Shown here: positions 15,915-19,253 of the stretch, piece after piece
Position numbering within the stretch: the stretch's first letter is position 1
Layout: each line of letters opens with the position of its first letter
Assembly (NCBI GenBank): GCA_017860085.1
Contig: JAFNAJ010000009.1
Location: 1-19,253 of the forward strand
Source: Acidobacteriota bacterium
Lineage (GTDB): Bacteria; Acidobacteriota; Vicinamibacteria; Vicinamibacterales; JAFNAJ01
DNA length: 19,253 nt
Direction of reading: 5' to 3'
The notes under the pieces: model-generated
Told to the model about the DNA's origin: nothing
What the model saw: only the letters and a program-made list of their open reading frames with translations
The model's database searches: none
Translations under genes and position numbers: made by a program

Positions 15915-16982
15915 TCAGCTGGCCAGGTAGGCATCGAGCGCACCGCGCGTCACGCGCCACGTCGATCCGATCTTCTTGCCTTTGAGATCGCCCGACTCGA
16001 GCACCGCGGTGACATCGGCCTCCGAGACACCCAGTGCCTGAGCGACATCGGCGACCGACAGCAGCGCTGCTGCCTCCGCGGGCGGGGGGCTGGCAGTCTT
16101 GCCAGGGCCGGCCGCGGCCGGCGCGCCCGCCATCATGCCGCTCTGCTGCATCATCTGCTGCGCAATGGCGAAGCCGACGGCGAGTTCCGTCGCCGTGCCG
16201 GCCGACCCGGTGCCGCCGGTCTCCATGCCCTTGGCCATCTGGTACTTGACGAAGTCGTTGAGGTTGCCAATCGTCGCCATGCTCGAGCGCTTGTCGATGG
16301 CCTGCTCGACCTCGGGCGGCACCGACACGTTCTCGACGATGAAGCTGGCGATATAGAGGCCGTACTTCGCCCCGACGACGGGGTTGACGAGGGGCAGCAG
16401 CGCATCGCCGAGCTCGCCGTAGCGGGTGGCCACGTCGAACACGGGGATCTTCGCCGATGCGAGCGCGTCGCTGAACACGCTGACCAGGCGCGACCGCATG
16501 GTGTCGGCGAACTCGTCGAGCCGGAAGTTCTGGTCCGAGCCGGCGACTTCCTTCAGGAAGAGCTTCGCATCGACCACCTTGACATCGTAGGTGCCGAACG
16601 CGCGCGCGCGGACAACACCGAGGTCGTCATCGCGCAGCATGATCGGATTGGCCGTGCCCCACTTGTTCCCCGTGAACAGCCGGGTGTTGATGTAGTAGAG
16701 GTCGGCCTTGAACGGCGAGTTGAACCCGTACTTCCATGACTTCAGGCGCGTCAGGACGGGGATGTTGTCGGTGGTGAGCGTGTGTTTGCCCGGTCCGAAG
16801 GTGTCGCCGAACTCGCCGAGGTACAGGAACTGCGCGACCTGGGACTCGCGCACGATCAGCTGGCAGCCGTTCTTGATCGCCTTGTCCTCGTCGGGGAACC
16901 GCCAGGAGAGCGTGTCGCGCGAGTCATCGGTCCACTCGATGATCTCGATCAGTTCGCCCTTGATGAAGTCGAGAATGCCCAT
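15915..16982 (-). CDS. SPFH/Band-7 family protein of the YdjI/COG4260 type with a C-terminal excisionase/MerR-like HTH_17 DNA-binding domain in place of the usual Zn-ribbon
   Basis: The N-terminal region is colinear with B. subtilis YdjI (MGILDFIKGELIEIIEWTDDS, WKYGFNSPFKADLYYINTRLF, Gly/Met-rich linker GMETGGTGSAGT...QQMMQQSGMMAG). The C-terminus LLSVADVAQALGVSEADVTAVLESGDLKGKKIGSTWRVTRGALDAYL matches the HTH_17/excisionase-family consensus (L.t..eaA..LgVs...v.....G.L...kiG..wRi....L..yl). GAGGAG lies 11 nt upstream of the ATG. Confidence 0.7.
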   Translation of the reverse strand: MGILDFIKGELIEIIEWTDDSRDTLSWRFPDEDKAIKNGCQLIVRESQVAQFLYLGEFGDTFGPGKHTLTTDNIPVLTRLKSWKYGFNSPFKADLYYINTRLFTGNKWGTANPIMLRDDDLGVVRARAFGTYDVKVVDAKLFLKEVAGSDQNFRLDEFADTMRSRLVSVFSDALASAKIPVFDVATRYGELGDALLPLVNPVVGAKYGLYIASFIVENVSVPPEVEQAIDKRSSMATIGNLNDFVKYQMAKGMETGGTGSAGTATELAVGFAIAQQMMQQSGMMAGAPAAAGPGKTASPPPAEAAALLSVADVAQALGVSEADVTAVLESGDLKGKKIGSTWRVTRGALDAYLAS

Positions 16983-17003
16983 GGTGTAAACAACTCCTCT
17001 GCT

Positions 17004-17025
17004 GACCCCTTTCCAGGAAGGGGTC
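17004..17025 (-). other. Perfect 8-bp stem / 6-nt loop hairpin (GACCCCTT-nnnnnn-AAGGGGTC) between the dodecin and SPFH genes
   Basis: gacccctt tccagg aaggggtc at 17004-17025. On the minus strand it lies 21 nt before the SPFH ATG and carries no U-tract. It may be an attenuator or RNA-processing/stability element rather than a canonical terminator. Confidence 0.35.
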
Positions 17026-17057
17026 GGCGCTCTGCAAGCCTTCCGCTTTGGCCAGCG

Positions 17058-17261
17058 CTAGTCGTTGAGGACGAAGGTGACCTTGAGGTCGACCCGGTAC
17101 TCCTTGATCTTGCCCTTCTCGACCTCGACCTTCATGCCCGACACCCACGCCCCGCGGACGTTCTTGAGGGTCTTGTTGGCCCGAACGATGCCCGACTTGA
17201 CGGCGTCGTCGAAGCTCTTGTCCGACGAGGAGATGATCTCGGTGACGCGTGCAACGGCCAT
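17058..17261 (-). CDS. Dodecin-family small flavin-binding protein
   Basis: The 67-aa protein MAVARVTEIISSSDKSFDDAVKSGIVRANKTLKNVRGAWVSGMKVEVEKGKIKEYRVDLKVTFVLND matches the dodecin pattern (V.k..El.gsS..s.edA...A...A.kTlrnv.......v.v..Gki..y.v.l.v.F..e). A strong RBS AGGAGG lies 4 nt before the ATG. Confidence 0.7.
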   Translation of the reverse strand: MAVARVTEIISSSDKSFDDAVKSGIVRANKTLKNVRGAWVSGMKVEVEKGKIKEYRVDLKVTFVLND

Positions 17262-17286
17262 GTGTCCTCCTGCGTGTGCTGATGAC

Positions 17287-17526
17287 TCAGTGGTCCAGAG
17301 GCGCCGCGTTGCCGCTGGGCGTGGAAGGCCGGCGGGTCTTCCACCGGCCGACCAGCGCAGTCAACAGCAGCAGGCCGAGCTCGTCGGCCAGCGGCACCAC
17401 GTCGGGCACGACGAAGTCCACCAGGGTGAGTGCCGCGAGGAGCACGAACAGCGTCGGGTACCTCAGGTCGAGACGCTCAATAAGACGGCCGACGAACGGG
17501 ATCGTGACGCGCGACGAGCTCGCCAT
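17287..17526 (-). CDS. Hypothetical small membrane protein (2 predicted TM helices), first gene of the dodecin/SPFH block
   Basis: The 79-aa protein has hydrophobic segments LFVLLAALTLVDFVV and LGLLLLTALVG. Its stop is 25 nt before the dodecin RBS. There is no clear SD of its own and no recognisable family. Confidence 0.35.
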   Translation of the reverse strand: MASSSRVTIPFVGRLIERLDLRYPTLFVLLAALTLVDFVVPDVVPLADELGLLLLTALVGRWKTRRPSTPSGNAAPLDH

Positions 17527-17559
17527 GGGGTCGGGGGCACCCGCTAGTCTAGTGCAGAA

Positions 17560-17586
17560 GGCGCACCCGCGTCACGCCGGTGCGCC
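17560..17586 (-). terminator. Hairpin (8-bp GC stem GGCGCACC/GGTGCGCC, 11-nt loop) immediately after the REC-ATPase stop codon, followed by a weak T-rich run
   Basis: On the minus strand the sequence reads TGA-GGCGCACC-GGCGTGACGCG-GGTGCGCC-TTCTGCACT. It could insulate the upstream gene from the downstream five-gene block. The U-tract is poor. Confidence 0.3.
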
Positions 17587-18420
17587 TCAGGCCGTGTGCT
17601 TGATCATGATGACCTCGTTGCCGCGCTCGTTGTAGACGAGTTCGTCGACGATTTGCTTCACGAGGAGCATCCCGAACCCACCTGGACGTCGGCCCTCCTC
17701 CGCCCGCCTGATGGCCGATGCCAGGACGTCGTCTGCCAGGCTCGTCTTGGCGGCGTGGGCCAGATCCTCCCGATCGAAGCCCGACCCGGGGTCGCGGAAG
17801 TGGTACACGATGGCCCGCGCGGTGTGAGCGGCCGTGACCTCGACGACCTTCTCCGGGTTGAACGCGGCGCCGTGCTCCATGGCGTTGATGAGCATCTCGC
17901 GAAACGCGGTCATCAGCAGATCGCGGTCGCCGCCAGGCACGTCCGACTGGTACTCGGTCATGAAGCGGACGAGGCGCTCGGCGGTGAGGAGGCGGCAACT
18001 GACGCGCAGCGTCACCCAGTGCGGGAGGCCAGACACCACCTCGATCCCGTCCGTCCAGTGATCGTCGGCGATCGCGGCGGCCACCATCTCAGCCACCTCG
18101 GCGAGATCGATCGGCGAGGAGAAACACGCGAACACGCTCGTCTTGAGCGCCTCGATGACGTCTTCGGGCGAGGTGGCGGGTGCCAGCACGATCAGGCGGA
18201 CACCTGGGCGGATCGCTCTGATCTCTCGCGCCAGCGCGAGGTCCTCGGCGACCGGCGTGGCCGGGTCGGTCAGCACGACGTCTACCGCGCGCTGCCGAAG
18301 CAGACGCACGGCCTCGACGCCCCCGGCGCAGGTGAGGATCTCGAGGCCGGGCAGCTTGTGATGCTTGTGCAGCGTGTCGAGCAGTTGGTCCGTCGGATGG
18401 ATGCAGAGGGCTCTGTGCAT
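17587..18420 (-). CDS. Fusion of a response-regulator receiver (REC-like) domain to a RsbW-type HATPase_c_2 ATPase/kinase domain
   Basis: The N-terminal receiver-like fold MHRALCIHPTDQ...AVDVVLTDPATP...VRLIVLAPA has the phospho-acceptor Asp in DVVLTD, but the usual N-terminal acidic pair is replaced by HPTDQ. The C-terminal part has the N-box FREMLINAMEHGA, G1 YHFRDPGSGFD, and G2 GGFGMLLVKQIVDEL. The start is chosen at ATG 18420 with GAGG 7 nt upstream. The ORF track extends to 18555 through low-complexity sequence. Confidence 0.65.
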   Translation of the reverse strand: MHRALCIHPTDQLLDTLHKHHKLPGLEILTCAGGVEAVRLLRQRAVDVVLTDPATPVAEDLALAREIRAIRPGVRLIVLAPATSPEDVIEALKTSVFACFSSPIDLAEVAEMVAAAIADDHWTDGIEVVSGLPHWVTLRVSCRLLTAERLVRFMTEYQSDVPGGDRDLLMTAFREMLINAMEHGAAFNPEKVVEVTAAHTARAIVYHFRDPGSGFDREDLAHAAKTSLADDVLASAIRRAEEGRRPGGFGMLLVKQIVDELVYNERGNEVIMIKHTA

Positions 18421-18451
18421 GGGTGAACCTCTGGTGCGGAGTCTACGGGGC

Positions 18452-18814
18452 TCAGGCGCCGCGGTTCCTGCCGCGTCCAGGGTCGATGACTTCAGGGTCG
18501 AGGAGTGCGATGACCTCCCGGGTCCGGCCTGGCCACCAGGCCGAGCCGAAGTCATGCGCCAGGATGCGGCGGACGATCGCGACAGGCTGGTGGGCGATGA
18601 GGCGGCTGAATCGCGCGCACTCGTCGGCGAGAGCGTGCCGCTCGTCGCGCGAGGCGTCAGCGAGGAAGACCTGGCGCGCCGCCTCGGCCGACCCGTACTC
18701 GGCCACGCACTCCTCGTGGAGGTAGGCGTGAAGGAACTCGGCGAGGACGGGGAAGTCGAGCCGACTCACGACCGGCGCGGCGCGCCGACTCGACGCTGTC
18801 CGCTGCGCACTCAT
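18452..18814 (-). CDS. CdiI-like immunity-protein family member (contact-dependent growth inhibition immunity fold), orphan
   Basis: LAEFLHAYLHEECVAEYGSAEAARQVFLADASRDERHALADECARF...DFGSAWWPG follows the remembered CdiI_2-type pattern (L..FiGaYfHQDWdleg.daeav...f........l..El..ll). The RBS GGAGG lies 7 nt before the ATG at 18814. No toxin-like gene is visible upstream in the window. Confidence 0.4.
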   Translation of the reverse strand: MSAQRTASSRRAAPVVSRLDFPVLAEFLHAYLHEECVAEYGSAEAARQVFLADASRDERHALADECARFSRLIAHQPVAIVRRILAHDFGSAWWPGRTREVIALLDPEVIDPGRGRNRGA

Positions 18815-18954
18815 CGTCAGGCCTCCGGAGACGAGGTCAACACGAGAAGATCGCGTGGCGGCCGACATGACGCGGACCGGAAGGCCGATTGTATCTCACC
18901 TGGCAACCACGCACGCGAGGCGCTCGTGGATGGCGGGTGGGCACCGTACACAAC

Positions 18955-18981
18955 GCGCCCCGGGCGTCGGGCCCGGGGCGC
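18955..18981 (-). other. Strong GC hairpin (11-bp stem GCGCCCCGGGC/GCCCGGGGCGC, 5-nt loop) in the intergenic region downstream of the small Cys/His ORF
   Basis: gcgccccgggc gtcgg gcccggggcgc at 18955-18981. It is a possible terminator for the 19025..19231 gene on the minus strand. Flanking U content is poor. Confidence 0.3.
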
Positions 18982-19024
18982 CAGGGGTGTGGAAGCAGCG
19001 AGGAGGACGCCGAGTGGACGTGAC

Positions 19025-19231
19025 TCAGGCGGCGCGACGAGCCAGATTGAGCGTCGCGGTCCGCGGCGCCTCAGCTCGGCGCTCTGCGTGACGGCCGATC
19101 TCGATGCCGGGCGTGGCCCGGCCGCACTTCATGCACTCGAGATACAGCCGATGCGGCTCGTGGCGCGACGTCCACTCGTGCGTGCAGAACAGGGCAACCG
19201 CGGCGTTCGCGATTCTCGTGAAGTTCGACAC
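19025..19231 (-). CDS. Hypothetical small Cys/His-containing (possible zinc-binding) protein, 68 aa
   Basis: A strong RBS AAGGAG lies 6 nt upstream of ATG 19231 (caaaggagtacgaagATG). The protein contains CTHEW...HEPHRLYLECMKCG. No family was recognised. Confidence 0.45.
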   Translation of the reverse strand: MSNFTRIANAAVALFCTHEWTSRHEPHRLYLECMKCGRATPGIEIGRHAERRAEAPRTATLNLARRAA

Positions 19232-19253
19232 CTTCGTACTCCTTTGTTCCTAC

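Noticed and set aside
18869-19024. Possible tRNA or small RNA in the 156-nt intergenic region
   Set aside because: There is no T-loop GGTTCGAATCC-like motif or cloverleaf-compatible arrangement. Only a GC hairpin was found, reported separately.

Overview
Very GC-rich (by eye about two-thirds or more G+C) bacterial chromosomal window. Several genes start with GTG, and the high GC produces long spurious antisense ORFs throughout. I support 19 protein-coding genes and no rRNA, tRNA, CRISPR array or transposase. The left half is mostly housekeeping or secreted functions. It holds a HisC-family aminotransferase (5' truncated at the window edge), a secreted M24B Xaa-Pro aminopeptidase, and a 1090-aa secreted Sortilin/VPS10-like protein with about 10 BNR/Asp-box repeats. 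On the minus strand sits a hemerythrin->DUF4286 pair whose stop and start overlap as ATGA. Diverging from that pair on the plus strand is a RsbW-like serine kinase followed by a membrane HAMP-PP2C (SpoIIE/RsbU-type) phosphatase, with no STAS antagonist visible. Further right are an NCS1 permease (a weak candidate THI-box lies upstream), an RluD-like pseudouridine synthase, a convergent ICMT-family methyltransferase, and MltB. The most unusual part is a tightly packed minus-strand block at 13630..17526: small membrane protein - dodecin - hairpin - SPFH (YdjI/COG4260-like) protein with a C-terminal excisionase-type HTH in place of the usual Zn-ribbon - double Zn-ribbon protein with a C-terminal TM helix - YdjM-family membrane metal-dependent hydrolase. 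It recalls the Bacillus PspA-YdjGHI membrane-stress module but lacks PspA and has different partners. Upstream of it are a receiver(REC)-RsbW-like ATPase fusion, an orphan CdiI-like immunity-family protein, and a small Cys/His protein with a strong RBS. All functional calls rest on motif recognition by eye. No database search was run.
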